Origin: an uncultured Alphaproteobacteria bacterium
Lineage (GTDB): Bacteria > Pseudomonadota > Alphaproteobacteria > Rhizobiales > Xanthobacteraceae
Assembly (NCBI GenBank): GCA_963802585.1
Contig: CAWDJS010000008.1
Location: forward strand, 8,940-72,939
DNA length: 64,000 nucleotides
Direction: 5' to 3'
The notes under the pieces are model-generated. The model did no database searches. It was not told the origin of the DNA and saw only the letters and a program-made list of their open reading frames with translations. A program made the translations under genes and the position numbers. This document shows positions 19,650 to 31,831 of this stretch, in pieces; position 1 is the first letter of the stretch; the number at the start of each line of letters is the position of its first letter.

Positions 19650-22600
19650 AGGCGCCGCGCCAGATTCCGCCCGCCGTCCGCGACGTGCAGCAGCGCGCGT
19701 CCAACCCTGCCTCCTCGTCATTCGTGTCGGCCAATGCCGGCTCGGGCAAGACGCATGTGCTGGTGCAGCGCGTGATCCGGCTCCTGCTCGATGAAGTGCC
19801 GCCGGAAAAGATTCTCTGCATCACCTTCACCAAGGCGGCCGCCGCCAACATGGCCGAGCGCGTGTTCACCACGTTGGGGCATTGGGTCACGCTCGACGAC
19901 ACTGCATTGGATGACGCGATCCGCGGCGTCGGCATTCTCCACCCGAGCACAAAACTGAGAAAAGCCGCGCGGGAACTGTTCGCCCGCGCGCTGGAGACGC
20001 CGGGCGGGTTGAAGGTGCAGACCATCCACGCGCTCTGCACGCGGCTGCTGCAGCAATTCCCGTTCGAGGCCAATGTGCCGGCGCGCTTTGCCGTGCTGGA
20101 TGACCGCGACCAGAACGACATGATGGAGCGCGCCAATCTGAAAGTGTTCATGGAGGCCGCGCGCGCCCCCGACAGCGCCATCGGCCGCGCGCTGCAGACC
20201 GCGATGGCGAATGCCGCCGACGTCACCTTCAAGGACGTCGTGCGCGAGGCGTGCCTGTCCCGCGATCACTTCATGGCGTGGGCCGATGCCGGCGGCACCG
20301 AGGCGGCAGTGGCGCAGGCCTCTACCGTGCTCGGGGTCAGCGAGGACGATCGGATCGAGTATATCGAGAATGAAATTCTCGACGGCCCCTATCTGCCGCG
20401 GCGGCGATGGCCGGAGATCGCGGCAGCACTCGATGGCGGCAGTAAGACCGATCAGAAGCAGGCGGATCAGTTGCGCGCCGCCCTGGCCTTTACCGGCGCT
20501 GCGCAAGTCGACGAATATCTCTGCGTGTTCCTGACCGACGATCGCGCGCCACGATCTGCGGTGCTCACCAAGGGATTCGTTCGGGACAATCCATCCGTTG
20601 CCCGCCTGTTCGAAAATGAAATCCAGCGCCTCACGCCGCTGATTGAAAAGCGCCGGGCCGTCGTCACCCGCGACCGTACGCAGGCGCTGCTGCATATCGC
20701 CACCTCGGCCGCGGCGAACTATCGCCGCGAGAAGCTGGAGCGCGGGCTGCTCGACTACGACGACCTGATCGACAAGACACTCGCGCTGCTCAGCAACGTT
20801 TCCGCCGGCTGGGTGCACTACAAGCTCGACCGCGGCGTCGACCACGTGCTGATCGACGAGGCGCAGGACACCAGTCCCCGGCAATGGGAAATCGTCGACC
20901 ATATCATCTCCGAGTTCACCGCTGGCGCCGGCGCACGCGATCGTCTCAACCGCACGGTCTTTGCGGTCGGCGACGAGAAGCAGTCGATCTTCTCGTTCCA
21001 GGGCGCCGCGCCGCGCGAGTTCGACACCCGCCGCCGCGAGCTGCAGCGAAAATTCAGCGCGGCCGGGCTGAAATTCGATCCGGTGTCGTTCACCTACTCG
21101 TTCCGCTCGGGGCTTGCGATCCTGCGATCCGTCGACCACGTGTTCCGCGAGGAAGCGATCTATCGCAGCATCCATTCGCCCGACATCGGCTATCCCATCC
21201 ATAACTCGCTCGAAGACGCCGGCCCGGGCCTGATCGAGCTATGGCCGCTGGCCGAGGCCGACGAGAAAAAGGACATCGAGGGCTGGCGCGCGCCGTTCGA
21301 CGGCGTGTCGCTGACGAGTCCCGAGGTCAAGCTTTCAAAACGCATCCAGGCCGAGATCAGGCGCTTGATCGAATCGGGCACCATGACCGGCCACAGCGGC
21401 GACCGGCGGCCCTTGCGCTACGGCGACGTGCTGGTGCTGGTGCGCCGGCGCGGCAACATCTTTGATGCAATCATCCAGGCGTTGAAGCAGGCGGGTGTCC
21501 CGGTGGCGGGCGCCGACCGGTTGAAGCTGACCGAGCACATCGCAATCATCGACCTGATGAACCTCGCCGACGCGCTGCTGCTGCCGCAGGACGATCTCGC
21601 GCTGGCGGTGGCGCTGAAGAGCCCGCTGTTCGGCCTTTCCGAGGACGATCTGTTCGAGCTGGCCCGGGAGCGCAAGGGATCGCTGCGCGAGGCGCTGACA
21701 AAGCATGCGGCAACCGAGAAAAAATTCAGAGGTGCGGACGATCGCTTCGTCCAGTGCGAACGGCGCTTTGCGCAGGAAACACCCTTCGCATTCTACGCCT
21801 GGCTGCTCGGTGGCGACGGCGGACGCCAGCGCATCCTGAAACGGCTCGGACATGAAGCCAATGACGCGCTCGACGAATTCCTCGAGCTGGCGCTGAATTA
21901 CGAACGCAAGGCGCCGGCCTCGCTGCAGGGTTTCATGGCCTGGCTGCGTTCGGCCGATACCGAGGTGAAGCGCGATATGGAAATCTCGCGCGACGAGGTG
22001 CGCGTCATGACCGTGCACGGCGCCAAGGGGCTGGAAGCCTCCGTCGTGTTCATGGTCGATACGACGTCGTCGCCCACGGATACGCAGCGGCTGCGGCTGA
22101 TCAACGTGCCGCGCGGCAATGGCGGCAAGGTCGTGGTCTGGGCCGGCAGGAAGGCCGACGACCCGCAAATCGTTGGCACCGCGCGTGAGGCGATGCTTGA
22201 GGATACCGAGCACGAGTATCGGCGCTTGCTCTATGTCGCGATGACGCGCGCAGCCGATCGTCTGGTCATCGCGGGCTGCATGCCCGGCAACAGGAACAGC
22301 GTGAGGGACCTGTGCTGGTATGACCTGATCGGCAAGGGGCTCGCTGGTTCTGGGCTGCGGGAGCAGACGATCGAGACGCCGGACGGCCCGATCAAACGCT
22401 ATTCGCGGCCGGAGGATGGCGCGGCGGCCACCGGCGCGGCCGCGCAAACAGCCGGCGCACGGCGCGAGCTGCCGGATTGGCTGCGCACGCCGGTGTCCGC
22501 GCCGACCTCGAACGATCATTTCCTGCGTCCGTCCGATGCCGGCAGCGCCGCGCCGAAACGCAAGTCCGGCGAATCGATCGAGCAGCGCACCAAGGCCCTG

Positions 22601-23128
22601 CAGCGCGGCACGCTGGTGCATCGCCTGCTGCAGTCGCTGCCCGATCTGGCCGCCGATCGCAGGCGCGATGCGGCGGAAAAATTCCTGGCGCGCAACGCCG
22701 CCACCTGGAGCGAGGCCGAACGCGCGGAGCTCGCGGAAAAGGTGCTGGCGCTGATTTCCGATCAGCGATTCGCCCCCGTATTTGCCGAAGGCAGCCGGGC
22801 CGAGGTCGCCATCGTCGGCCGGCTCGACCTGCCAGACCGGCCGCAGGCGCTCGTTTCCGGCCAGATCGACCGCCTGGTGGTGACGGAAAACGAGGTTTTG
22901 ATCGTCGATTTCAAGACAAATCATGCCCCACCCGCATCCGCCACCGAGGCGCCGCCGGCCTATGTCGGCCAACTCGCGCTGTATCGGGCGGTTTTGCGCA
23001 AGCTTTATCCCCAGCACGCGGTCCGGGCCGCTCTGCTCTGGACCGAAACCACTGATTTGATGGATATTTCCGCACCCGCGCTGGACGCGGCACTGGCATC
23101 CCGCGGCAGCGGGGAAGCGCGTGCTTGA
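19643..23128 (+). CDS. addA: Double-strand break repair helicase/nuclease AddA
   Basis: SANAGSGKT, LIDEAQD, VGDEKQSIFSFQGA, MTVHGAKGLE, YVAMTRA and GQIDRL/VDFKT motifs. ATGGTGA overlap with the addB stop. Confidence 0.96.
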   Translation: MVKAPRQIPPAVRDVQQRASNPASSSFVSANAGSGKTHVLVQRVIRLLLDEVPPEKILCITFTKAAAANMAERVFTTLGHWVTLDDTALDDAIRGVGILHPSTKLRKAARELFARALETPGGLKVQTIHALCTRLLQQFPFEANVPARFAVLDDRDQNDMMERANLKVFMEAARAPDSAIGRALQTAMANAADVTFKDVVREACLSRDHFMAWADAGGTEAAVAQASTVLGVSEDDRIEYIENEILDGPYLPRRRWPEIAAALDGGSKTDQKQADQLRAALAFTGAAQVDEYLCVFLTDDRAPRSAVLTKGFVRDNPSVARLFENEIQRLTPLIEKRRAVVTRDRTQALLHIATSAAANYRREKLERGLLDYDDLIDKTLALLSNVSAGWVHYKLDRGVDHVLIDEAQDTSPRQWEIVDHIISEFTAGAGARDRLNRTVFAVGDEKQSIFSFQGAAPREFDTRRRELQRKFSAAGLKFDPVSFTYSFRSGLAILRSVDHVFREEAIYRSIHSPDIGYPIHNSLEDAGPGLIELWPLAEADEKKDIEGWRAPFDGVSLTSPEVKLSKRIQAEIRRLIESGTMTGHSGDRRPLRYGDVLVLVRRRGNIFDAIIQALKQAGVPVAGADRLKLTEHIAIIDLMNLADALLLPQDDLALAVALKSPLFGLSEDDLFELARERKGSLREALTKHAATEKKFRGADDRFVQCERRFAQETPFAFYAWLLGGDGGRQRILKRLGHEANDALDEFLELALNYERKAPASLQGFMAWLRSADTEVKRDMEISRDEVRVMTVHGAKGLEASVVFMVDTTSSPTDTQRLRLINVPRGNGGKVVVWAGRKADDPQIVGTAREAMLEDTEHEYRRLLYVAMTRAADRLVIAGCMPGNRNSVRDLCWYDLIGKGLAGSGLREQTIETPDGPIKRYSRPEDGAAATGAAAQTAGARRELPDWLRTPVSAPTSNDHFLRPSDAGSAAPKRKSGESIEQRTKALQRGTLVHRLLQSLPDLAADRRRDAAEKFLARNAATWSEAERAELAEKVLALISDQRFAPVFAEGSRAEVAIVGRLDLPDRPQALVSGQIDRLVVTENEVLIVDFKTNHAPPASATEAPPAYVGQLALYRAVLRKLYPQHAVRAALLWTETTDLMDISAPALDAALASRGSGEARA

Positions 23129-23214
23129 CCCGGCAACGCCTCGTTCATAGGTTTCACCCATGCTCCCCGGCGCGATTCTAGCGCGCCCTCTCTCCAACCG
23201 AACGAGGTACTCCC

Positions 23215-23535
23215 ATGGCCGTTGGCAAGGTTTCTGACGCCGATTTCGAAGCCGAAGTGCTGAAGGCCCACGGGCCTGTCGTGGTCGACTTCTGGGCCGA
23301 ATGGTGCGGCCCCTGCCGCATGATCGCTCCCGCGCTCGACGAGATCGCCGGTGCGATGGGCGAGAAGGTCAAGATCGTGAAGCTCAACGTCGACGAGAGC
23401 CCGAAGACGGCGTCGAAGTACGGCGTGATGTCGATCCCGACCCTGATGATCTTCAAGGGCGGCGAGATGGCTTCCCGCCAGGTCGGCGCTGCGCCGAAGG
23501 CGAAGCTGCAGCAGTGGATCACCGCTGCGGTCTGA
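23215..23535 (+). CDS. trxA: Thioredoxin
   Basis: WAEWCGPC active site. Confidence 0.98.
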   Translation: MAVGKVSDADFEAEVLKAHGPVVVDFWAEWCGPCRMIAPALDEIAGAMGEKVKIVKLNVDESPKTASKYGVMSIPTLMIFKGGEMASRQVGAAPKAKLQQWITAAV

Positions 23536-23562
23536 TCGGCTACGCAATTAGATGTTTGCAGG

Positions 23563-23593
23563 ACGGCCGGCCACGAGCCGGCCGTTTTGTTTT
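23563..23593 (+). terminator. Rho-independent terminator of trxA
   Basis: ACGGCCGGC-CACGA-GCCGGCCGT followed by TTTGTTTT. Confidence 0.75.
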
Positions 23594-23599
23594 GCCCCA

Positions 23600-23688
23600 C
23601 TCGTCATGCGCGGGCTTGACCCGCGCATCCATCGAGAAAGAGTTTTCTCAAGGTGATGGATTGCCGGGTCGAGCCCGGCAATGACGAG
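23600..23688. repeat. REP doublet, second copy
   Basis: CTCGTCATGCGCGGGCTTGACCCGCGCATCCATC...GATGGATTGCCGGGTCGAGCCCGGCAATGACGAG. Confidence 0.8.
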
Positions 23689-23728
23689 CTGGTGGGCAAC
23701 CGCACGGTGTCCGAAACACGAGATTGAG

Positions 23729-24469
23729 CTATTTGAGCCAGCCCGTCGCGATTGCTGTCGCGAGCTCGAGCTGGCCATTCTGCCGCGCCAGCGCCGCCAT
23801 CGCCTGATGGTCATAGGGCACATGGCGAAAGGTCACCTGCCAGGCATCATCAGCGAATTCGAAGATCGCATAGCGTGCGTCGGGCGAACCGGCTTCGACG
23901 ACATGCGGGAATGGATGCACGTCGCGATAGCCGGGACTGCCGACGCTGCCGGGGTTGACGATCAGACGACCGTCCCGCAGGCGCGCGGCACGCGCAAGAT
24001 GCGTATGCGCGCAGAGAATCAGCCTCTCGGTGATGCCCTCTGCCAGTTGCCCGATCCGCTCATGGGGCGACATCGCTACCGTGCCGTCTGGAAGTACCGT
24101 GTCGAGCCAATAGACTTCATCGCTGGCGGGCGTTGCGTGACAGAGGAAAACCCGATCGCGAAATACGCTAGTCGGCGGCAAGGTCCGCAGCCAATCGAGA
24201 TGAGCCGCATCAAGCTGGGCATGTGCCGGCCGGTCCCATGATCCCATCTTCTCCGGCGGACGATCGATCAGATAACGATCATGATTGCCGAGCACATGGA
24301 CGGCATCGAGCGCCATCAACGCATCCATGGTGCGCCGCGCGTCCAGCGGGCCGCTGGCGATGTCGCCGAGATTGACGATATCTTCAACGCCTTGCGCGCG
24401 GATATCCGCGATCACCGCTTCCAGCGCGAGATAGTTTCCGTGAACATCGGCAATCGCGGCAAAGCGCAT
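23729..24469 (-). CDS. Metallophosphoesterase (YfcE/calcineurin-like)
   Basis: ADVHGN, LGDIA, LGNHD, HAT, HTH and NPGSVG motifs. Confidence 0.92.
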   Translation of the reverse strand: MRFAAIADVHGNYLALEAVIADIRAQGVEDIVNLGDIASGPLDARRTMDALMALDAVHVLGNHDRYLIDRPPEKMGSWDRPAHAQLDAAHLDWLRTLPPTSVFRDRVFLCHATPASDEVYWLDTVLPDGTVAMSPHERIGQLAEGITERLILCAHTHLARAARLRDGRLIVNPGSVGSPGYRDVHPFPHVVEAGSPDARYAIFEFADDAWQVTFRHVPYDHQAMAALARQNGQLELATAIATGWLK

Positions 24470-24472
24470 GCG

Positions 24473-25801
24473 TTAGTCCGGCGGCGTGCCGTTGAGGGCG
24501 AGCACGTGGCCGGCGAGATAGAGCGAGCCGGCGATCAGAATGCGCGGCGGCACCTCATAGGCCAGCCTCGCGATTCCGCGCAGCGCCGCCTCGACGCTGC
24601 CCGAGATCTCGACGCGCATGCCGAGCGCACGCGCTGCATCGGCCAGCCGATCCTGCGGCATCGTGTTGTCTTGGCCGGGAATCTCCACGGTGATGATATG
24701 GCGCGTGAGACCCGCAAAATTCGCCAGGAACGCGCCGGCATCCTTGCTGGCCATCATGCCCGCAATCACCACCAGCGGGCGCGACACCCGCTCCTCGAGA
24801 TCGCCGAGCGCGGCAGCGGCAACGCGGCCGCCTTCGGCATTGTGCCCGCCATCGAGCCAGATCTCGCTGCCCGGAGGCCCTAGCTCGATCAGCTTGCCGG
24901 AGGAAAGCCGCTGCATCCGCGCCGGCCACTCGGCATGGACGATGCCCTCAAAGGCCGCGTGACCGAGCTTGAGGGTGTCGATCGCTCGCAGGGTCGCGAT
25001 CGCGAGCCCGGCATTGTCGAACTGATGCCGGCCGAACAATCTGGGCGCCGCCAGATCCATCAACCCGCGTTCGTCCTGATAGACCAGCCGGCCGCGTTCG
25101 ACGCTGACATGCCATTCCATTCCGTTCATATGCAGCGGCGCGCGCATCCGCCGCGCCTGCTGCTCGATCACTTCCATCGCTTCCGGCGGCTGCCCGGCGG
25201 AAATCACCGGCACATCGCGCTTGATGATCGCGGCCTTCTCGCCCGCGATGGAGGTGAGCGTGTCGCCGAGGAACTCCATGTGATCCATGCTGATGGGCGC
25301 AATCACGCTCGCGAGCGGCGTCTCGACCACATTGGTAGAGTCGAGCCGGCCGCCGAGGCCGACTTCGAGCAGCAGCATGTCCGCCGGATGTCGCGCGAAC
25401 AGCAGGAAGCCGGCCGCGGTCTTCGCCTCGAAGAAGGTGAGCGGTTCTCCCGCATTGGCCTGCTCGACATGCTCGAGCGCGGCCTGCAATTCGTCATCGC
25501 CGACCAGTTGGCCTGCGAGACGAAAACATTCGTTGATGCGCACCAGCCAGGGCGAGGTATAGGCGTGAACGCGCAGGCCCGCAGTCTCCAGGATCGCGCG
25601 CAAGTAAGCGACCGTCGACCCCTTGCCATTGGTGCCGGCGACATGGATTACCGGCGGCAGTTTCTTCTCGGGGTTATCGAGCCGCGTCAGCACGCGATGC
25701 ATGCGATCGAGGCTGAGGTCGATGCGCTTCGGATGCAGCGCGGAGAGCCGCGCGAGCACGTCGCCAAGCGGATCCCTGGGTTTGGCGGCCGGCGCGTTCA
25801 C
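24473..25801 (-). CDS. folC: Folylpolyglutamate synthase/dihydrofolate synthase
   Basis: [29 protein letters not shown] and LDGGHN motifs. Confidence 0.96.
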   Translation of the reverse strand: MNAPAAKPRDPLGDVLARLSALHPKRIDLSLDRMHRVLTRLDNPEKKLPPVIHVAGTNGKGSTVAYLRAILETAGLRVHAYTSPWLVRINECFRLAGQLVGDDELQAALEHVEQANAGEPLTFFEAKTAAGFLLFARHPADMLLLEVGLGGRLDSTNVVETPLASVIAPISMDHMEFLGDTLTSIAGEKAAIIKRDVPVISAGQPPEAMEVIEQQARRMRAPLHMNGMEWHVSVERGRLVYQDERGLMDLAAPRLFGRHQFDNAGLAIATLRAIDTLKLGHAAFEGIVHAEWPARMQRLSSGKLIELGPPGSEIWLDGGHNAEGGRVAAAALGDLEERVSRPLVVIAGMMASKDAGAFLANFAGLTRHIITVEIPGQDNTMPQDRLADAARALGMRVEISGSVEAALRGIARLAYEVPPRILIAGSLYLAGHVLALNGTPPD

Positions 25802-26739
25802 GCGTGCGGCGCGGCCGGCGCCGTTTCCGGAGCCGACACGATCTGGGCCGGCTCGGGCACGAGCGGCGCGGCTTTAGGCGCAGTCTCCAGCGCCGGCGAT
25901 CTGGTCAGGATACGGCAGAGCCGCGCCAGGGTCGGGCGCAGATCATGGCGGTGCACGACCATGTCGACCATGCCATGGTCGCGCAGATATTCGGCGCGCT
26001 GGAATCCTTCCGGCAGTTTCTCGCGGATGGTCTGCTCGATCACGCGCGCACCGGCGAAACCAATGAGCGCGCCGGGCTCGGCGATCTGGACGTCGCCAAG
26101 CATCGCGTAGGAGGCGGTGACGCCGCCGGTAGTCGGATTGGTCAGCACCACGATGTAGGGCAGTTTCGTTTCGCGCAGCATCTGCACCGCCACCGTCGTG
26201 CGCGGCATCTGCATCAGCGACAGAATGCCTTCCTGCATGCGTGCGCCGCCGGAAGCGGCGAATACGATGAAGGGCGATTTCTTCTCGACCGCGAGCTCCA
26301 TGCCGCGCACGATCGCTTCGCCTGCGGCCATGCCAAGCGAACCGCCCATGAAATCGAAATCCTGCACGGCGATGACGACGGCCGCACCTTCGAGCTTGCC
26401 GTAACCGACCTTGATCGCGTCGTTCATCCCGGTGCGGGCGCGCGCATCCTTGATGCGGTCGGCGTAGCGCTTCTCGTCGCGGAATTTCAGCGGATCGGCG
26501 GTCACTTCGGGCAGCGCGATGTCATACCAGGTCTCGTTGTCGAAGATCGATTTCAGCCGCGCGGCTGCGCCCATGCGCAGATGATAGTTGGAGCCGGGGA
26601 TCACCATCTGGTTGGCCTCGACGTCCTTGTAGAACACCAGCTGCCCGGAATCCGGGCACTTGATCCAAAGATTCTCCGGAGTCTCGCGGCGCAGGATGTT
26701 GCGGATCTTCGGCCGAACGACGTTGGTGAGCCAATTCAT
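25798..26739 (-). CDS. accD: Acetyl-CoA carboxylase carboxyltransferase beta subunit
   Basis: MNWLTN...[23 protein letters not shown] and [11 protein letters not shown] motifs. Confidence 0.97.
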   Translation of the reverse strand: MNWLTNVVRPKIRNILRRETPENLWIKCPDSGQLVFYKDVEANQMVIPGSNYHLRMGAAARLKSIFDNETWYDIALPEVTADPLKFRDEKRYADRIKDARARTGMNDAIKVGYGKLEGAAVVIAVQDFDFMGGSLGMAAGEAIVRGMELAVEKKSPFIVFAASGGARMQEGILSLMQMPRTTVAVQMLRETKLPYIVVLTNPTTGGVTASYAMLGDVQIAEPGALIGFAGARVIEQTIREKLPEGFQRAEYLRDHGMVDMVVHRHDLRPTLARLCRILTRSPALETAPKAAPLVPEPAQIVSAPETAPAAPHA

Positions 26740-26870
26740 GTTTCGCTCCGATCGCCTCAATATATGGCTTCCCGGATCGGGCCCGGCAAGCCGTCTCTCA
26801 ACGCCTATCTCAGCACGAAATTAGGCCAGAGCACGGCGGCGAATCACCGTCGCACTCCGGATTCTTGATT

Positions 26871-26921
26871 GAGCATGATCTCTTCGGAAAACCGGTAGCC
26901 ACTTTTCCGGATCATGCTCTA
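26871..26921. repeat. RIME/Bru-RS-like palindromic element (copy 1)
   Basis: GAGCATGATCTCTTCGGAAAACCGG...CACTTTTCCGGATCATGCTCTA. Its end supplies the trpA TAG stop. Confidence 0.85.
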
Positions 26922-27751
26922 TTCCGCGGCCTGCCGCGCACCCCGCACGCCCTGCGCGAGCGAAGCGGCGAGATCGGCCACCGCGTTAACGGTTTTGGCG
27001 GTGGCGTGCCCTTCCGCATCGAGGCTGCCGCGCAACGCATCGACCAGCGCGGTTCCGACCACGGCGCCATTGGCGCGTTCGGCGATGGCGCGGGCAGCGT
27101 CCGGCGTGCGGATACCGAAGCCGACGCAGACGGGAAGATCGGTGTGCCGCTTGATGCGCGCGACCGCATCACCCACGGCCGTCGAATTGGCGGACGTACT
27201 GCCAGTGATGCCGGTGATCGAGACGTAATAGACAAAGCCCGAAGTATTCGCGAGCACGGCCGGCAGCCGCTTGTCATCGGTGGTCGGCGTCGCCAGACGG
27301 ATGAAGTTAAGCCCGGCCTTCAGCGCAGGCACACAGAGCTCGGCGTCCTCTTCCGGCGGCAGGTCGACGATGATCAGGCCGTCGACACCGGCAGTCTTGG
27401 CGTCGGCGAGGAACTTGTCGACGCCGTAGATGTAGACCGGATTGTAATAGCCCATCAGCACCAGCGGTGTCGTATTGTCGTCCTTGCGGAAGCCCGCCAC
27501 CAGCTCCAGCGTCTTCTTCAGCGTCATGCCGGCTTTCAGCGCGCGCAAGCCGGCGGCCTGGATCGACGGACCATCCGCCATCGGATCGGTGAAGGGGATG
27601 CCGATCTCGAGGACATCGGCGCCGGCTTTCGGCAACGCCTTGATGAGGTCGAGCGAGGTTTTCGGATCGGGATCGCCCGCCATCAGATAGGTGACGAAAG
27701 CCGAGCGGCCTTCTTTCGCGAGTTGCGCGAAACGCGCGTCGATGCGGGTGG

Positions 27752-27755
<4 letters not shown>
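26919..27755 (-). CDS. trpA: Tryptophan synthase alpha chain
   Basis: [27 protein letters not shown] and VGFGI motifs. Confidence 0.98.
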
Positions 27756-28965
<1,210 letters not shown>

Positions 28966-28969
<4 letters not shown>

Positions 28970-29625
28970 CGGACGGATAACTCTTCGGTAGCGCGGGCAG
29001 CGCGGATGAAATCGCGGATCATCTCGATGTCCTTGATGCCGGGGGCGCGCTCCACGCCCGAGGAAACATCGACGCCGCCGGCGCGGGTGACGCGAACGGC
29101 TTCCGCGACATTGCCGGCATTCAGGCCGCCGGAAACCATGAAGGGCAGGCTGAGGTCAAGATTCTTGAGCAGCTCCCAGTCGAACACGGCGCCGAGGCCG
29201 CCCGGGCGCGTCGCGCCCTTGGGCGGGCGGGCATCGAACAGGATGCGGTCGGCAACCTTGGTGTAATCCGGCAGCGACGCGAGATCGGCCGCGCGTTCGA
29301 CCGGCAGTGCCTTCATCACCTCGCGGCCGAACTTCCGCTTGATCTCCGACAGGCGCGCCGCGGTCTCATGGCCGTGCAGCTGCAGAATATCGGGCTGCAG
29401 CGCTGCGACGATGGCTTCCAGCGTCGCGTCATCGGCATCTACGGTCAACGCGACCTTGATGGCGCGCTGCTTCACCCGGCCGCCAAGCTCGCGCGCGGTT
29501 TCCAGCGAGAGGTGGCGCGGCGACGGCGGAAAGAACACGAAGCCGACCATATCGGCGCCGGCGTCAAGCGCCGCATCGAGCGTCTCGCGCGTGGACAGGC
29601 CACAGATTTTGACAGCCAGGGACAT
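28966..29625 (-). CDS. trpF: Phosphoribosylanthranilate isomerase
   Basis: VKICGL, LQLHG, SGGLN and VDVSSGVE motifs. Confidence 0.97.
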
Positions 29626-29668
29626 GGTCGTTTCGCAGAGCGGAAATAGAGGGTTCAGATACTTGTTT

Positions 29669-29718
29669 GCGCATGATCTTTTCGGAAAACCGCCTGCACA
29701 CTTTTCCGGATCATGAGC
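29669..29718. repeat. RIME/Bru-RS-like palindromic element (copy 2)
   Basis: GCGCATGATCTTTTCGGAAAACCG...CACTTTTCCGGATCATGAGC. Confidence 0.85.
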
Positions 29719-29729
29719 TGGGGCCGGGT

Positions 29730-30122
29730 TTACAACGTCGCGCCCTGCTTGTCTCGCCCCGCAGCACCATGGAAACCCACCCGCGAGGTCGGCGCCAGCC
29801 GCTGGGCGTCGCTGCGTGCGGCCAGCGCATCGGCACGCAGTTCCGCAAGCTGCGCCTTGGCGGTGCGCGCATCGGCCTCGTGATGTCGCGCCGCCCGCCG
29901 CCAGCGGCGCTGGCCGAACCAGGTGGCACAGCCGCCCGCCACCACGCCCAGGATCGCCACCGCGATGATCAGCACGAACAGCGGCATCGAGACCCTGATC
30001 GAGGGGTCGACCGAGTTGAAGGGATCGAACGACACCGTGACGAAATGCCGGTTCGCGACGGCAAAGATCACAAAGATCAGCCCCAGCAGAATGGCGAACA
30101 GGGTGCTGAAGAATTTTCGCAT
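29730..30122 (-). CDS. LapA-family (DUF1049) membrane protein
   Basis: Transmembrane segment plus FAVANRHFVTVSFDPF, a second TM, then WFGQRRWR. Located downstream of ihfB. Start at MRKFF. Confidence 0.8.
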   Translation of the reverse strand: MRKFFSTLFAILLGLIFVIFAVANRHFVTVSFDPFNSVDPSIRVSMPLFVLIIAVAILGVVAGGCATWFGQRRWRRAARHHEADARTAKAQLAELRADALAARSDAQRLAPTSRVGFHGAAGRDKQGATL

Positions 30123-30197
30123 GACGATGGCCCGCATTGATCGCAGCTGGTGATCCGAACCGGCGGCCACAGGCTTTGGGCCGCCGCGCGCGAGAAC

Positions 30198-30497
30198 CTA
30201 AGCGCCGGCCTCGGGATTGTCGCGGTTCAGCCGCTCGCGCATTTCCTTGCCCGTCTTGAAGAACGGGACGCTCTTCTGATCGACCGGCACATGGGCGCCG
30301 GTGCGCGGATTGCGGCCGGCCCGGGCCGGGCGATGCTTCACCGAGAATGCGCCAAAGCCGCGCAGTTCCACCCGGTCGCCGCGCGCCAGGGCAGCCACGA
30401 TCTCGTCGAGGATCGCATTCACGATATTCTCGACATCCCGCTGGTAGAGGTGCGGGTTGTGCTCGGCGATGCGCTGAACAAGTTCGGATTTGATCAT
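30198..30497 (-). CDS. ihfB: Integration host factor beta subunit
   Basis: [25 protein letters not shown] and [13 protein letters not shown] motifs. Confidence 0.98.
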   Translation of the reverse strand: MIKSELVQRIAEHNPHLYQRDVENIVNAILDEIVAALARGDRVELRGFGAFSVKHRPARAGRNPRTGAHVPVDQKSVPFFKTGKEMRERLNRDNPEAGA

Positions 30498-30669
30498 CGA
30501 GAGTTCGGACCCGGGAACGTCAGTTATCCATTTCCGTGAAAATGCCTTGAACTGTCAAGACGCTAAATCAAGTTTGCGCGCCGCGAAATTGCGTGACAAA
30601 CGCCCGAACAGGGGGGTGTCGCGCTACTCGCGGTGCGGGAGCGACCGCCACAATCGCTTTTCGGCGGCT

Positions 30670-31638
30670 TCAATTGGCCGCGGCCGGCTGCCACAGCGCA
30701 AGCATCCCATCGAGACCGAGGCGATCGATGCCCGCGCTCTCGACCTGGCGTGCAATCGCACCCAGACCGAGCGCGTCCAGGGTGATGGAGGCCGCGGTCC
30801 GCAGGAACGACAGGTCGCCGAAGCGGGGTTCGAGCTTGTAGTCGCGCACCGGCAGGTCCTTCTTGACGCCCTTCTGCTCGACCAGCCAGGCGATCGCGGT
30901 CTTCTCGTCGCCGAGCTGGTCGATCAGCTTGAGATCGACCGCCTGGCGGCCGGTGAACACGCGCCCGTCCGCGACCTTCTCAAGCTGCGCGTCGTCCATG
31001 CCGCGCCTCTCCTTCACCAGTCCCTTGAACCAGGCGTAGGAATCCTTCACCAGCGAATCCAGCGCATCGCGGGCTTCGGGGCTGGTCGGCTCAAAGCCGT
31101 TGGGGGCCGCTTTCAGCGGCGAAGACTTCACTTCCTCGACCTTGACGCCGACCGTCTTCAGCACCTCGGAAAAATTCGGAAACTGGAACAGCACGCCGAT
31201 CGAACCGACCAGCGAGGTCTGCTGCGCCACGATATGATCGGCCGCGATCGCCGTGATGTAGCCGCCGGAGGCCGCCAGGCCCTCGACCACCACCACCAGC
31301 GGCTTCTTCGCCTTCAGCTGCACCAGCGAATCATAGAGCTGCTCGGATCCGGCGGTGGTCCCGCCGGGCGAGTTGATATGGACCACGACGGCGGCGGCCC
31401 GCGACTTCGCCAGCCGCTCCAGCGCCTCGACCCGGTCGCGGTCGCTGCGAATCAGGCCTTCGATATTGACGCGCGCGATCGAGCCGGATGAGGTGAAGCT
31501 GCCGCGGCTGCCGGGCGACACCAATGCGGCGACGACGGCGATCGCCGCAATCGCGATCACCACGGCCGCCACGCGCCAGAAGGTCAGCTTGCGGCGCATC
31601 CGCCGACGATCGACGATCACATCGGAATCCAGCGACAT
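30670..31638 (-). CDS. sppA: Signal peptide peptidase SppA (S49)
   Basis: INSPGG, AASGGY, GSIGV and DGRVFTGRQA motifs. Confidence 0.96.
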   Translation of the reverse strand: MSLDSDVIVDRRRMRRKLTFWRVAAVVIAIAAIAVVAALVSPGSRGSFTSSGSIARVNIEGLIRSDRDRVEALERLAKSRAAAVVVHINSPGGTTAGSEQLYDSLVQLKAKKPLVVVVEGLAASGGYITAIAADHIVAQQTSLVGSIGVLFQFPNFSEVLKTVGVKVEEVKSSPLKAAPNGFEPTSPEARDALDSLVKDSYAWFKGLVKERRGMDDAQLEKVADGRVFTGRQAVDLKLIDQLGDEKTAIAWLVEQKGVKKDLPVRDYKLEPRFGDLSFLRTAASITLDALGLGAIARQVESAGIDRLGLDGMLALWQPAAAN

Positions 31639-31776
31639 CGAAATTCTCCTGAAAATATTCCTGGAGCGTATTTGCGCCCGCAGCGTAACCGGTTCGTTAT
31701 TTAGTTACATCAATTGCGGCGCAATATGAAGAAATGAAGGCCCTCTTCACCTTCTCACCTTGTGGCACAGGGAAAG

Positions 31777-31802
31777 AAAAAAGCCCCGGTCGTGACCGGG
31801 GC
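31777..31802 (-). terminator. Rho-independent terminator of rpsA
   Basis: Stem GCCCCGGTC/GACCGGGGC followed by a T-run on the minus strand. Confidence 0.8.
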
Positions 31803-31831
31803 CTTTGGATTCGTGACAGGTGAGCGAAAGC

